From Octopus vulgaris (Eukaryota): a stretch of DNA of 64,000 bases. Made by a program: the position numbers and the translations under genes. This document shows, one piece after another, positions 13,560-26,397 of this stretch. The stretch covers positions 21,097,124-21,161,123 of the forward strand of contig OX597843.1 in NCBI GenBank assembly GCA_951406725.2, written 5' to 3'. The notes beneath the pieces were generated by a model that saw nothing but the letters and a program-made list of their open reading frames with translations, was not told where the DNA came from and did no database searches. Position 1 is the first letter of the stretch. Each line of letters opens with the position of its first letter.

Positions 13560-14331
13560 CAATGGATAAAGGAGATTAGAAGCTAATTTCGAGAGTGTTA
13601 GGCACTACAGGCAGCGGATAAGAGAAGAACAGCGGTAAGAATCCAGAGAAAGGGACAAATGGTACCAACAGATGAGACGATCTGCAATAGAGGAAGAGCA
13701 ACGCAAGGCACAATTGTAGTGAGTGAGAATGTGAGACCAAGGTAGAAGACAGGATGAGGAAGAACAAACGCAGTACAAGGAACAACAAAGATTGATATTT
13801 CTGCGGAGAATGGAAAACATGAATGATATGCAGTGTGCGCAGTATCAAGACCAACAGAAAAATGTTATGTAACAGAGAGGGGAGAATATGGATGATTTGG
13901 AAAGGGCTGCTTGTCTCCAAGGTCAAACAGAGAGACATCAAGATGGAGTTGCAAGTATGAATGCTGAACAGGTGTTACCTTGTTCGAGATAAACAGGTGA
14001 AACGAAAGCGTGAAGGAAGACATGGACTACCACTGAACAGACACAATAATCCTAAACGAACCTATCGTATTGGTGATATGTACTTATATTGCGAGTATTG
14101 TGGAGCACTGAACTTTAAATATGAAAACTTCATGTTCTGTCACAATAATAAAGTGAACTTTCATTCGCTGCAACTAAGCCCTCAGACATTGAAGCGTTTG
14201 TCTGAGAAAATTACCAAGAGTCTGCTTCTTTTCGAAAAAAACATCAGCAATTACAACTGCATATCTTCCTTTACGTCATTTGTTGTGAAACTCTCTGTGC
14301 CACAAGGAAGAGGTCTACATTGTTTCTGTAT
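13560..14331 (+). pseudogene. Helitron RepHel N-terminal part (R/E/Q-rich repeats plus Zn finger)
   Basis: IGDMYLYCEYCGALNFKYE..CHNNKV..L…FEKNISNYNCISSFTSF…GRGLHCFCI matches the Helitron IGxM..CxxC.A..F..E…NIRxYN..F.F.S…GPxxFRI pattern. Confidence 0.85.
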
Positions 14332-17300
14332 TGTGGAAGGATTCCGACCACCTTCCAATTGACTAATCGCGAACTGACACATTCCTATTAAATAGACAAC
14401 TGTCGAGTCTTCATCAATTAATTGGTAAATAGTTCACTGTGAGCCATTGACAGAGAGCGGTGGGTAATCGATTCGCGTCGTGTAAACAATTCCTTTCCCC
14501 TGATTCTTTAAATCATATGTTCCAAATCAGGGAATAAAATTGGCGAAGAGTTCTTCGAAGTTTGCGTTGGACATTTAAATTTGTTTGGGATGGGTATGAA
14601 ACCAAAGAAAAATCGTTTAAGATAGAAGGCATATTGGCGTCTGTGGTGCAGTTGCAACAACAACAATAGTAACAACAACAAGAGCAACTACAACAGCAAC
14701 AACAAAACCAATAGTTGCTGGAACTAATGTTAAAGAAGTATAAAAAATACTTCAGGCGTGAACTTGCTAGACAGCGTGGCAATCTCTATTGAAGAATTCA
14801 GTTATAATCCAGAGGAAGGGATTACCTTCTCTGAATATTTTCGAAGATACGAAGAAATTCTCAAACAAGAATTTAAAAATTGATCTGAGGGGAAATATAG
14901 TACGACTACTTGTAAGAAAGGTATCCCTTGCCGAATACAAAAAATATAGTAATTATATTCTGCCGAAGAAGTCAGGTAAGATTTGTTACAATAAAAACTA
15001 TTAACATTTTATCAAATGATTTAGAACTGGACGAAAATTAACTCTTCAAACAGAAGCAGAAGAATGCCAGGGAAGACGACGGAGAAAAAGAAATGAAGAA
15101 AAAAAAACGATGCACAAAATGAAATTGAAGAAAAAGATTGCTCTCATATTCCAGTGTCTCCACCGTCACGGATAAGAAATAAGAGAAACAAATGTGAAGA
15201 TCGAATCCATGTTGTGGGTGCGGTGGTCAACATTTAAAATGTAATTGTCCGTTTCAAAATATTAAAGGCGTCAAATGGGTAAGAGAGATCATAAAACAAT
15301 AAACTATAGAACAAACCTGGAAGACCAAAAGACGAACAGCCTCAAGGGAAATTTGTGGACGTAAAGTTGCAACTAGTTAAGGGCAGTGATATCTCGATAA
15401 TTAACACAGATACATAGAAAAAAACAGAAGACCTAGATTAAAAGACATTTCGAAAATTGCAGGTGGTGTTTCAGGAAAATAATTACATTTTAATGGCGTA
15501 ATAATAAATCACGTTCCATTTCGTGGAAAAACCTTAGAAACCAAAGATTTTGTGTTGAATAATATCCCAAACTTATTCGGAACACTGAATAGAATTGTTT
15601 ACCTTATGGGAACTCCCCATAAATCTTTTCAGTAAAAATGTGAATGGTTTTCTTGCCAATACAAATGAATCGTCAGACGATATGTAAAAATAAATTTAAA
15701 AGATTTTTCCTGAAGTTCTCTCTGATAAATTAGATCTCAGCATCACAAAGAAAACGAAGTTCCAAGTAAAAGTAAATGCCAAACCTGTATTTAAATATAA
15801 ACGAACTGTAACTTTTGCATCGTTGGAACAGATAAGCTTTTGCATCGTTAGAAACAAATAAACAAAATCAGAGTGTATGCTGATTTTTTCCACTGGTTTA
15901 AATGAGTGTCTTAAAACGTTCCACTATCCGCTACCTACCCTGGGGGATATATTTGCAAAATTAGACGGTGGCAAGATATTTTCTTAATTGGATCTCTCTG
16001 ACGCGTACCTACATATTAGAGTAGACGTGAATACTATAAATACCTAAACATTAACGCACATATATATATACAACAGGTTACTGTCTGCCCTTATGTCACG
16101 CCGGCGATTTTTCAAAATATTATGGTTGCAGTGTTAGCGGATAGTGAATTTGCATTTTCATATCCGGATGATATACTCATTAAAAGCGAATCACAGGATC
16201 AACATGTAGAGAACGTAATATATATGTTCGAAAAATTTAGGGATTAAATTGAAAAAGAAAGCGTGAATTATCTTCTTACCGAAAATAAAATTGGACAAAC
16301 AATTGAAAGAAATGGCCGAGGACCAGATACGTTGAGGGCAAACGCAATTAAATACATGACCCTCCGACAAATATGACGGCCTTACATGATTGCTTTGGAG
16401 ACAGGCAAATTATGACCAAAATTATATTCTAAATATGCATAGGGTAAGTGTTACAGTAGATTATGTATTTAAAAAATGTCAATTGAAATTGCTCTGAAAA
16501 TTTCAAAGGGAATTCGACGAAATTTTAAAATATTAACATCTGATTTGTTGTTAGCACGCTTCGATCCTGTAGTGGAGAATTTTGTAACTTCAGATGCCTC
16601 TGAATACTGTATCGGCGCAGTAATGCTACATAAATAAAAAGATGGTAACATGAAGGCGGTGGTTCTTGATATCAGCAGAAAAAAATTACAGCCAAATAAA
16701 AAAAGAGGCTCTTCTAATTATTTTTGCCGTAAAAAATTGCATAGATTTTACACAGCAGAAGTTTTTGAATACAGACAGATCATCGTCCGTTATTATCAGT
16801 ATATGAGTAACAGAAATAAATATCTAGCCGTACTGCTAATAGGCTGCAACGCTGGGGTACTGTATTATTAAACTATGAATTTAAGATACAGTATATACCA
16901 TCTAAAAGATTAGGACACGCTAATTGTTTATCAAGACCGATTTCAGAAAATGCTGAAGCATTTGAAGATACCGTGATTGCTAACTTGCGAGCGGAAAATG
17001 AAATTAAAATCAAACTGTATAACTCCATGCGTGAACTGCTATTTACGTTACAGGACATAAAATTACAATTGGGAAACGATAAAATTCATTACAAAATGAA
17101 AGAAATGCAGAAGGGTAAAAGAGATAAAAGATATTCGAGCCTATCACAAGGTATGACAATGTGCTGATGTATGCCAAAAGAGTCGTAGTGCCAGCCACAC
17201 TACAAAAGCAATTACTAAAGGAATTTCATATTGAGTCAAAGGGATTTCGATAATGAAATCGTTAATGAGAAGTTAAGTATACTGGCCAACAACGGACTGT

Positions 17301-18172
17301 AACATTGAAGACAGTGATAGTATGCAATACGCTGTTCTCTAGCTCCAAATACACCCGTCACAAAATGGCACCCGTGGCTAAAATCACTTAAGGTTTCATA
17401 TCACTTCATTGTGGGGGATTGTTTTTCAACGTGGTCTGAGGTGCATAAATGTAGAAAGCCGACATCTCTGGTTACAGAGATATTTGATGTCTGTTAGATA
17501 GATCAGATCCATCTTTGATCAGCCGATACCTAGTGAAAATATAAAAATGGAATAATTCAAAATTCTTCAAGCTAGGTGACAAACTATATTAGAGACCTAT
17601 ACATATATTAAACAAGGCTGGGAGGATGGTACAATTGTTAAATAAATTGCAAGAATGATATTCCTGGTAAAAGGTAAAATAAATATCGAACATAAAAGAC
17701 TTATTAACCAACTTAAAACCTGATTCAAGGAAAAATCAGTCAAAGGAAGTGAATTTCTCATGAAAGTATTGCACGACACGTTTGAGGTACCAACACAGAA
17801 ACAATTTAAAATTACACGTTCTAGCACCAGAAAACGAAACGAATGGAAACACAAGAATTGAGCCCTAACCATAAGAGATACTAAAACTCTGAGCGACATT
17901 AATTCTCAAGTGGAGAATTTAGGGGAGACTAATTCTATAAAGAGGATATGCTGTGGAAAGATTCTGACAACCTTCCAAGTGACTAAAAGTGGTCTGACAC
18001 ATTTCCATTACATGGAGAACTGTCTAGTCGTAAGCAATTGATTGTGAACAATAGTTAGGTAAGCATTTTCCTATGATCCGTTGGCAGAGAGCGTCGAGTC
18101 TCATGTAATAGTAATCGTATTGCGTCGTGTAAACAGCTTCGTCAATTATATATCCAATACCAGGATATAGAA
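14332..18172 (+). mobile_element. Degenerate, internally deleted Ty3/Gypsy LTR retrotransposon inserted in the Helitron
   Basis: 5' LTR 14332-14539, PBS-like TGGCGAAGAG at 14541, Q-rich gag (IEEFSYNPEEGITF.EYFRRYE), protease (VKLQL.KGSDISIIN), RT (IFAKLDGGKIFS.LDLSDAYL; YPDDILI, YLDD in copy B), RNase H (SDASEY.IGAV), integrase Zn region (MKSLMRS.VYWP), purine tract, 3' LTR 17949-18172. TSD (C/T)GTAT. Confidence 0.9.
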
Positions 18173-19990
18173 CGTATTCAGGGCCAAACTTAGCACAACA
18201 CTACGAACTGTCAATGGTCGCCTGCTGTACAGTCAGTTGTATATTATTAATGCATCAAAGACTGGAAGCAAGTCAGAACTCCCAAAGCTCTTCTCAAAGA
18301 ATGGGTGTCATGTGCAACGAGTAAATCCTTAGGCTGAGTTATATGAGAACATGCACTTAATTGAACAAGAGATTGGAAGTGCCAGTCGTGAATATGTACA
18401 ATTACGAAAGTGTGAAATACATTTCAAAAGAACGGGATATATAAGGCGCTACAATTTTCCCCCTAGCAATGAAATAACTGCACCCTGAAAACCCTAATTG
18501 CCATGAGAGAGAAAATAATCTGCAGCGAAATAAGACTTTTGAAAACCGATATATCATTGGATTTCTGAAGGATATGGTGGACAGACATGTATTTGATGTA
18601 AGTGTAACTCATGTCCGTGTCATTGAGTTTCAAAAGAGAGGACTTCCACACTCCCATATGCTCGTAGACAAAGTGAAGATCAGAGATGATATAGACAGAA
18701 TGGTACCAGGAGAAGCTTCTGATTCAAATGATGACCCCGTCTTACATGATTTAATTTTTAAAAATTCAGAGACTTGGACCTTGTGGTGTTTATAACCCCT
18801 CATCGCAATACATGGGGAATGGCTCTTGCCAAAGAAAGTTTCCCAAGAACAACAGAAATGAGACACTACTAAATATTAATGGATATCCAGAGTACAGGAG
18901 GCACAATAAAGGGATCACATCACAAGTTGGATGCCATTCTTTTAACAACTGGTATGTCGTTCCATACTATGCTTACCTATTAAAGAAATTCCGAGCTCAT
19001 ATTAACGTTGAAGTTTGCTCATCTGTAAAACTGTCAAGTATATATGCAAGTATGTCTAAAACGGTCGTGATAGCGCTTCAGTTGAAGTAAGGAATGATGC
19101 AGTTGAAGAAGGTGGACAGACTCAGCAACCCCAAGGCTAAATCAGAAATTATTTTGCGTGTTGATATGTTTCACCTTCTGAAGCCATGTGGAGAATGCCT
19201 ACGTAGAAGCTGCATGACTCGTCCCACACTGTCTACAGTTTAGCAGTTCACTTTGAAGACCAGCGGAGACTGAGCTTTCACAGAGGTAGCACTTTGCAAC
19301 CTGCTCAAGAACAGAGAGATCGTGACAATACTCTCACTGCATGGTTCAAACTGAATGAGCACGATTAACGGAAGTACTTGTACCCTAACATTCCTATGCG
19401 TTATGTGTTTAATGAACGTACAAAAACCATGAACACTCAGGAGAAAAATCAATACCATCGGCTGCAGAATGAACACAGTGAGTCCTAAGGACGTAAAAAA
19501 AATTTCATTTACGATAGCTATTTTGGATGTTCCAGGTGCTGAGCGCTTTGAGAAGTGAGCACTGTAGGAGGTGAAATCTATGCAACATTTAAAGATGCGT
19601 ACATATGAGTTGGTCTCCTCCAAAATGATGAGGGTTTGGAGCATACTATACTTGAAGCTGCTGCGTATCGGATGCCATTTCAGTTGCGTATTACGTTTGC
19701 TGTCCTCTGCACCTATTCAAGTTCTTCCAATGTTCTTCGCCTGTGGAATACTGACAAGAATTCTATGATGGAAGATTATGCTCAGCGAGGGCTGAATGCA
19801 GACTCTACATTTCATAAATTCTGTGTTAATTGAAAATGGCATTAGCTGGTTTAATATTAGCTTGCTTGAACCAATTGGAATGTAACGGGTTGAGCAGTAA
19901 GATGACATGAAGCACCCACTCATTGCAACCCTTACCAACGAGAAGAAAGGGATCGCCGATGCAGTCATTAAAGACAGTTGGTAAGAAAAG
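18173..19990 (+). pseudogene. Helitron Rep (HUH endonuclease) region up to the start of the helicase
   Basis: IQGQT.H…YSQLYI, VIEFQKRGLPHSHML (HUH), GSCQRKFPK, GYPEYRR, VVPY..YLLKKFRAHINVEVC, KYICKYV, YVSPSEAMWR, EAAAYRMPFQLR..F, LTNE.K. Confidence 0.93.
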
Positions 19991-20243
19991 GTTGAGGTGA
20001 GATGCTGGAATCTTTCTATTTCTCTGCTGATTTTCCCGGAGGCTGTAACTTCATAAATTCCAATTCAATCCGTACACTTCTGTAAATTTCTTATTTACTT
20101 TTGCAACGTTTTGTGTTTTGTGTTTGTTGTTGTTGAAGGAATTACTGATAAATGTAAGTTCATAATTTACTGACAGGAGTAACTTCAAACATTTCACTTA
20201 AACCCGCGCACATAGTTAATTTCCTTAAAAATTTCTTATTTAC

Positions 20244-22742
20244 CACATTTGTTTTCAAGTAATCCTCTGTTTTAAATTTCCGGTTTCATAGGATTATGCT
20301 TCGTCATTCATACGTACCATCCTTGCTACATTCACCCATCTTTCTTAAAACATTCGCTAGACAAAACTTGCCTCTCTGCTCTCACTTTGTTTTTCAAGTG
20401 ATCCTTGAAGAGATGATACAAGAAGATGTTGAAAGATTGACCAGAGGGGAAAGCGTTTGTCTCCAATCCTTTCATACGCGTCCACCAGATACATTATTTC
20501 GCCATATGATGAAAATAGCTCTTCCTTTCTGCTTGAAAGAAAGAGGCGTGACAATATTGACGATAGACTCGGCTGTTAAACCGACTCGTCCCACACATGA
20601 CAGCAGTTGTTCGACATAAGCCCACAGTTCGGAAATGTTTGGACACTGCACGAGTGCGTGCAGAACGGTTTCGTCACTCTGTCCGCATCTCGGGCAGGTC
20701 GGCCCCGTATTCCTCGAGCTGTGTCTGTTGAGTTTATCCCGAAGGAGTAGCGCTTCTCGGTAGCACTGCCAGGTAAAGGATCTCTGGATGTTGTGAATGG
20801 GCCCTGGCCCGAAAGTCGTCTTGAACAGGCGGGTCAGATATTCCTCGTCGACGTCCAGGTTCGCCCCGAGCTCGTCGTCGCGCCCCCCTCCACTAATCCC
20901 CTATAGAATGCTTGGGTTGTGTTGATGTCACTCATGGTCGACCCAGGACGGCATAATTGCTTGACAGCAACGGGACACTCGCGGTGCCATTCGCCCCTTC
21001 TCGGCCTCCTTTTGATCCACGGCTGCAGTTCGGTCATGGAGATGAGTTGCGGGAAAGCGTGCCTCACAAACGGCGACCACACCTGTTCACCGTCGTCTAC
21101 GTAGAGCCTGAGATGTCGCAGTCTCAGCGCGTGTCTGCGCATCATAAAAAAAGGCATGGCCAGTCCTCCCCTTTAACGGTTGTTGACAGCAAATGGATCG
21201 CATCGGGACGCATCCTTTCCACATGACGCGAAAGAGAATGCGTTCTAGTTTGGTGATGGTAGGGTCGGGACAAGGCACGACGGTCAGGCGGTAGTAGATG
21301 ACGTACGCGATGTACGAGTTCGCCACCTCCGCCCGACATTTTAGGGACAGTTTCTCTCGGCCCATTGCCGGGCGAGAGTGGCCACCCTGCTCATTATCTC
21401 GTTCCACTTTTTCGCCATTTGGAGGTCTCGCCCAAACCAGAACCCGAGAAATTCGACCGGACCGTCGGTCCAGCGTCCCACAACGGAGGCGCTGGTGGAC
21501 TGCATGGGCTTGCTTCTCCAGGTGCCGAGTCGCAAGCCCACTGATTTTTCCCGGTTGTTTTCGGTCCTGTCACCGCTACGTAGTCTTTCAGTGTCTCGCC
21601 GACATGCTCGATGTGCTCGTATGCCGACACGCTCGTCACGAATCCCAATTCTCGTGGGATGACCCTCATAGTTGGCAGCTTCCGTAATAATGGCTCGAGA
21701 GTCAATGCGTTCAGAAGCGACGAGAGGAGGCATCCCTAACGGACATAACGTGCAATGTCTAAAGGTCTCTATAGAAGTTCATTTTCGCGAATTACCGTAC
21801 GGATGCCTGTGTACAAAGCGGCTATCCAGCCGCGGAAGACGGGACCGAATCCAGCCGCTCTGAGGACAGCTTCCAAGTATCGATGGTCTACCCTATCGAA
21901 AGCTTTCGATTGATCCAAATTGATCTGCACTCCACCCGTGCCAGATTCCTTAACTACCCTGTCTATGATGTAGTGCATCAGGTGGCGGTCGTCATGGATG
22001 CTCCGGCCCGGCACGGCGCACGTTTGCGCCTTGTCGACCAGTTTCTCGATGACAAGCGCCAACCTCTTGGCTAACACCTTGGCCAAAATTTTCAAGTCCT
22101 CCCCTCAGCAAAGTAATGGGCCTAAAGTTATCTATAACATTCCCCTTGTTGAGATCTTTCTTCAGCAGTGTTACGGCTCCTCGGATCACAAAACCAGGAA
22201 TGCTCTAGTTTTGCTGGCAGTTGCAGTACACCGCTGCCAAGACGTCTCCAAAAAGTCTGGAATACAACTGTAAAGCTCGTGGTGTAGACAAACAAAACCC
22301 ATCGATTTGTCTCTCGAGCATTCTGCCATCGCGTCCTGCGCTTCCGCCGCCCTGATAGCACCTTCGCAGCGCCCTGCCTCTCTTGTCGAGAATCGTGGTA
22401 GGCTGTGCAGGTAGGTACCGAAGTCCACCGAAGTTCTTGCCCGCCACTAGTCTCGAAAAGTCGGCCAAAATGCTGTTGGAAGGCCTCACACATTTTACTT
22501 GGCTCGAGCAATTCGCGCCCCTGTTCATCTACCAGGGGTAGACGACTTTGTTGCTCCGTTGTGCCCCTGTTCATCTACCAGGGGTAGATGACTTTGTTGC
22601 CCTGTTGCGCCTCTGCCACCCGGGCTTCTCTCGCGGCTCTAACACCTTCGTTCCTTAGAGCACGCATCCTAGCTCTGACAACACACCCTTCGTGTTTGGC
22701 GTTGAAGTGTTGGTCGAGGGCCAACCTCGCAGCCAAATCGTC
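20244..22742 (-). mobile_element. 5'-truncated L1/Tx1-group LINE, disrupted
   Basis: NFRPITLL…KILAKVLAKRL…QTCAVPGRSIHD…LDQSKAFDRVDH, KLSLK.RAEVAN, and a C-terminal CPRCGQSDETVLHALVQC knuckle (about 20630-20700). GC-rich relative to the flanks. Confidence 0.88.
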
Positions 22743-23244
22743 GGATAGATAGATAGATAGATAGAGCGAGAGAGACAGAGAGAAACATACATACATACAA
22801 ACATACATACAAACATACTTATATATACATACATACTTAGATAAAAAGAATAAACTTAAAAATCGGTATGCCAATCACGTAGCCTCCTTCCGACATAAGG
22901 ACACAAGCAAAGCTACTAAGTTCGCTACCTATTCTTTGTTAACATTTTGTAATCTTTCCAGCCCTTTAATTTAAGACCTAAGGAGGATTACACTTTCACC
23001 TTTTCTACATTTTAATTTTTACATTTTTGTGTTTTCATTTTCTTTTGTTTTAACTTTCTACATTTTCTATATGCTATATTCTCAGTTTTCTAAAGTTTCT
23101 TCTCTTATTCATTTTTCTTTAGTTCGTAATGATATGTTGTTTGTGCCGGGTGCATATGTTTGAGATATTCCTCAACATATGAAACTGAACTTAAAGTCAG
23201 GTACTGTGTCCATTAAATAAATAAATAGTATATATATTGTTGTT

Positions 23245-23450
23245 TGTTCATTCTCGAGCCATGCCTGGCTCATAAGGGACGGGGCACTGGACCTCTGCCG
23301 GTGAGCTGCTAGAAGTAGGAGGAAAGAGTGAGAGAATGTGGTGGAGCTGAGGAGTTCCGCTCATAAACAAACATCGCATAATCTGAGATTCGAAACCGCG
23401 ATCCCTCGAGCGCGAGTCTGCTGCTCTAACCACTAGAACTTCTGCCTCCA
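23245..23450 (-). mobile_element. tRNA(Arg)-like SINE, partial
   Basis: Reverse complement 'tggaggcag…tagtggttagagcagcagactcgcg..ggatcgcggtttcgaatc' has the same head as 25947. Confidence 0.75.
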
Positions 23451-23489
23451 TATATATGTTCATGTGCCTCCATATATATATACATATAT

Positions 23490-24340
23490 ACACGATGTTG
23501 GACCCGGCTTTACTCGTGTTTTCCGTGTAGAAGTTAAGCCCACCTCTGATCTTGTATCGAAATCTTCTACATTCTCTCTACCAACTGTTACCAATTAAGA
23601 TGTTATATCTGATTCGGCAGGCATTTTACCCGCTTAACGCTTTCGACATACTCCTCCATACTGGACCGTCTGAAATAGCAGTGAAACGTTTGGGTGTACT
23701 TCGACACATTGAGAGTGATGTCTGTTTATTTCTCCCCCCCCCTGAATGTCATTGTTGTTACAAAATTAAGCAGTGTGTTCAATCTGAGTAAAATCTAAAG
23801 AAAAGTGGTAAGGTTATGTCATAAAATAGAATCCATGTGACCATTTACATGAAAATATTCCATTAACATTTTAATCTCAATACGTTATATAAATAACCGA
23901 CGTTTTATATATTATAATTTTACACACTGGACAATTTTCTTCAAAATCAGTTCGTTATTTCATTGTGAATGATTTTGACGATTTCTGCCTTTCATCATTT
24001 TAATTTTAATGCTATTACATGACTCAGGCCTTAAACTTTACCTAAAAGTCGAAGTTCATCAAAATCGGATGAATTGTGTAAAAGTTACAGCCTAAAATAC
24101 TAATCCTATGGGTGATTGCATACAATAAGCCTATTGATTTTTTAAAACGCAGTTATCGATTTTTTGTCAACTCTTCATCTGGTATCAACTAATGGACATG
24201 AACTGTAATCACGTGTAAAATTTCTACAAAATCGTTAAAAATGTCTGTATGCACATTTATCTACACTTCATATTTCATTAAAATCGGATGAAAAATATGA
24301 AATTTACGGCCAAAAATAAAACCCCTGTGGGTATAGGTTT
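23490..24340. mobile_element. Non-autonomous interspersed repeat (Helitron-like), homologous to 33640-34910
   Basis: Shared blocks with 33690-34350 (ccatgtgaccatttaca…aaaatcggatgaatt…). Internal 'ttcattaaaatcggat' repeats. The left end 'cccggctttactcg' resembles an inverted Helitron 3' hairpin. Confidence 0.5.
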
Positions 24341-25895
24341 TTAAATTTTAGGAGTTTATCTATTCCGTCAAAAATCCGGAATTGCTATGGGTACAAGGGC
24401 AGCACCAGTCATTGCGAACTTAACAATGGGATAGATGGAAATAATCATTTACCAGGAATCTCTATCAATCTTTGGAAACTCCCTCTCTCAATACATAAAA
24501 GAGAATTGGAAACGATTCCTAGACGATTGTTTCATTCTCTGGAATGAAAACATAGATAAACTCCTAAAATTTAAAAACCTATTGAACAGCATAAACCCAA
24601 ATATACAGTTCACAATGGAATACAACCAAAAGGAGCTCCCGTTCTTGGATATACTAATTAAAAAAATTAACCTTAAAATAGAAACAGACATTTTTTACAA
24701 AACCACAGACGCCAAACAATACCTTCTTTTTAATTCATGCCACCCAAGACACACTAAAACAAACATCCCCTTCAACCTTGCAAGAAGGATATGCACAATA
24801 GTGTCAGAACAAAATACCAGGAACTTTAGACTGCAAGAACTCAAAAACACCCTAATTGACAGACATTACCCAGCTCAACTCATAGAGGATGGGATCAGAC
24901 GTGCAACAGAAATCAACATAGAAACTTAAAGAAAAGTTCAACACAACAACACACCTTCCCCGAAAATACTACCTTACATATCTACATACAACCCCAGAAA
25001 CAAAGAAGCCTTCACCATCATCACCCAGAATTTACCAATACTTCATAAAAACCCAAAATTAAAGGAAATTCTAAACATACACCAAATCATTAAAAGCTAC
25101 AAACAGCCTAAATCACTTAAAAAGATTCTCACAAAGGCAAAATTGTCTTCTAAAATTACGGATGCAAAAGTAAAAAAATGTGGTAGATCGAACTGTGCAA
25201 CATGTCCTAAACTATTGGAAGGATCAGAATTCTTCTTTAAAGAGGGACAGAAATTTAAGATCAAATCTAACTTTACTTGTGCCTCTGAAAACATAATTTA
25301 TGTTATTAAATGCCCGGGCTGCCACCAAGACTACGTGGGTTCCACGGGACTATCACTCAGGCGTAGATGCACACTGCATCGACAACAGATTGCATTCCCA
25401 GAATATAGAATGATACCTTTTAGTGAGCACATTGAGAAATGCGCAAAGCAACTACTGCCACAATTTTTAATCTTCCCATTTTACCAATGTGCTTTCGGAT
25501 CATCAACACAAATGAGACTGAACAAGGAAACATTCTTCATTGAAAAGTACAAACCCAGACTCAACCACCCGAACATACTGACACAGAGAAATTAACAAGG
25601 GAAAGGGAAAACAAAATTTTAAGCGATTATCTCCCTTACACCGGAAGAAATCACTCACTACCTCCCCTTATTTAGAAATCTTCTGGAAATAAAAACAACG
25701 ATAACTCCATGCAATATAAACATAACGTCACAAGAAATTTGAAAAGCTACACGCGAAACCGGTAATTTCTTTAAAAAATTTTAAAATTATGACATTTTAA
25801 GGAAAGGAAAAAAAATTTGTCCAATATTCTCCAGACATTTTGACACAAATATATATATTTTTTAACATTTAAGCCTTCTGTCGTTTTTTCACACT
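24340..25895 (+). mobile_element. 5'-truncated Penelope-like element (Neptune-like; RT plus Cys linker plus GIY-YIG) with pLTR
   Basis: GIAMGTRAAP..ANL.M, WKRFLDDCF, INPNIQFTME..LPFLDI, YLLFNSCHPRH, KCGRSNCATC, IIYVIKCPGCHQDYVGST, followed by an AT-rich 3' repeat with a hammerhead. Confidence 0.93.
25732..25771 (+). ncRNA. Minimal type I hammerhead ribozyme, U3-A8 core variant
   Basis: aagaaat-TTGAAAA-gc-tacac-gc-GAAA-CCGG-TA-atttctt. 7-bp helix I, G10.1-C11.1 pair, palindromic ACCGGT helix III, GUA cleavage triplet. Located in a Penelope 3' repeat. Confidence 0.75.
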
Positions 25896-25905
25896 TTACT
25901 ATTTT

Positions 25906-25946
<41 letters not shown>

Positions 25947-25948
<2 letters not shown>

Positions 25949-26325
25949 GAGGCGCAATGGCCCAGTGGTTAGGGCAGCGGACTCGCGGTCGTAGGATCGC
26001 GGTTTCGATTCCCAGACCGGGCGTTGTGAGTGTCTGTTGAGCGAAAACACCTAAAGCTTCATGAGGCTCCGGCAGGGATGGTGGTAATCCCTGCTGTACT
26101 CTTTCACCACAACATTCTCTCACTCTTTCTTCCTGTTTCTGTTGTACCTGTATTTCAAAGGGCCGGCCTAGTCACTCTCTGTGTCACGCTGAATATCCCC
26201 GAGAACTACGTTAAGGGTACACGTGTCTGTGGAGTGCTCAGCCACTTACACGTTAATTTCACGAGCAGGCTGTTCCGTTGGTCGGATCAACCGGAACCCT
26301 CATCGTCGTAACCGACGGAGTGCTT

Positions 26326-26328
<3 letters not shown>
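25947..26328 (+). mobile_element. Full-length tRNA(Arg)-like SINE between (TA)n tracts
   Basis: A box 'tggcccagtggttagggc', anticodon-like 'gactcgcggtc', B box 'ggtttcgattccc', and a non-tRNA body of about 300 bp. Confidence 0.85.

Positions 26329-26397
<69 letters not shown>

Noticed and set aside
22743-22765. GATA-repeat targeting by the Tx1-like LINE (GATA also abuts 63499)
   Set aside because: The two GATA contacts are at opposite, truncated ends of the element, and GATA repeats are common here.
25947-26020. tRNA-Arg-like cloverleaf (also tRNA-like heads at 6009, 33307 and 43117)
   Set aside because: Poor acceptor stem and continuous with a multi-copy SINE body, so not a tRNA gene.
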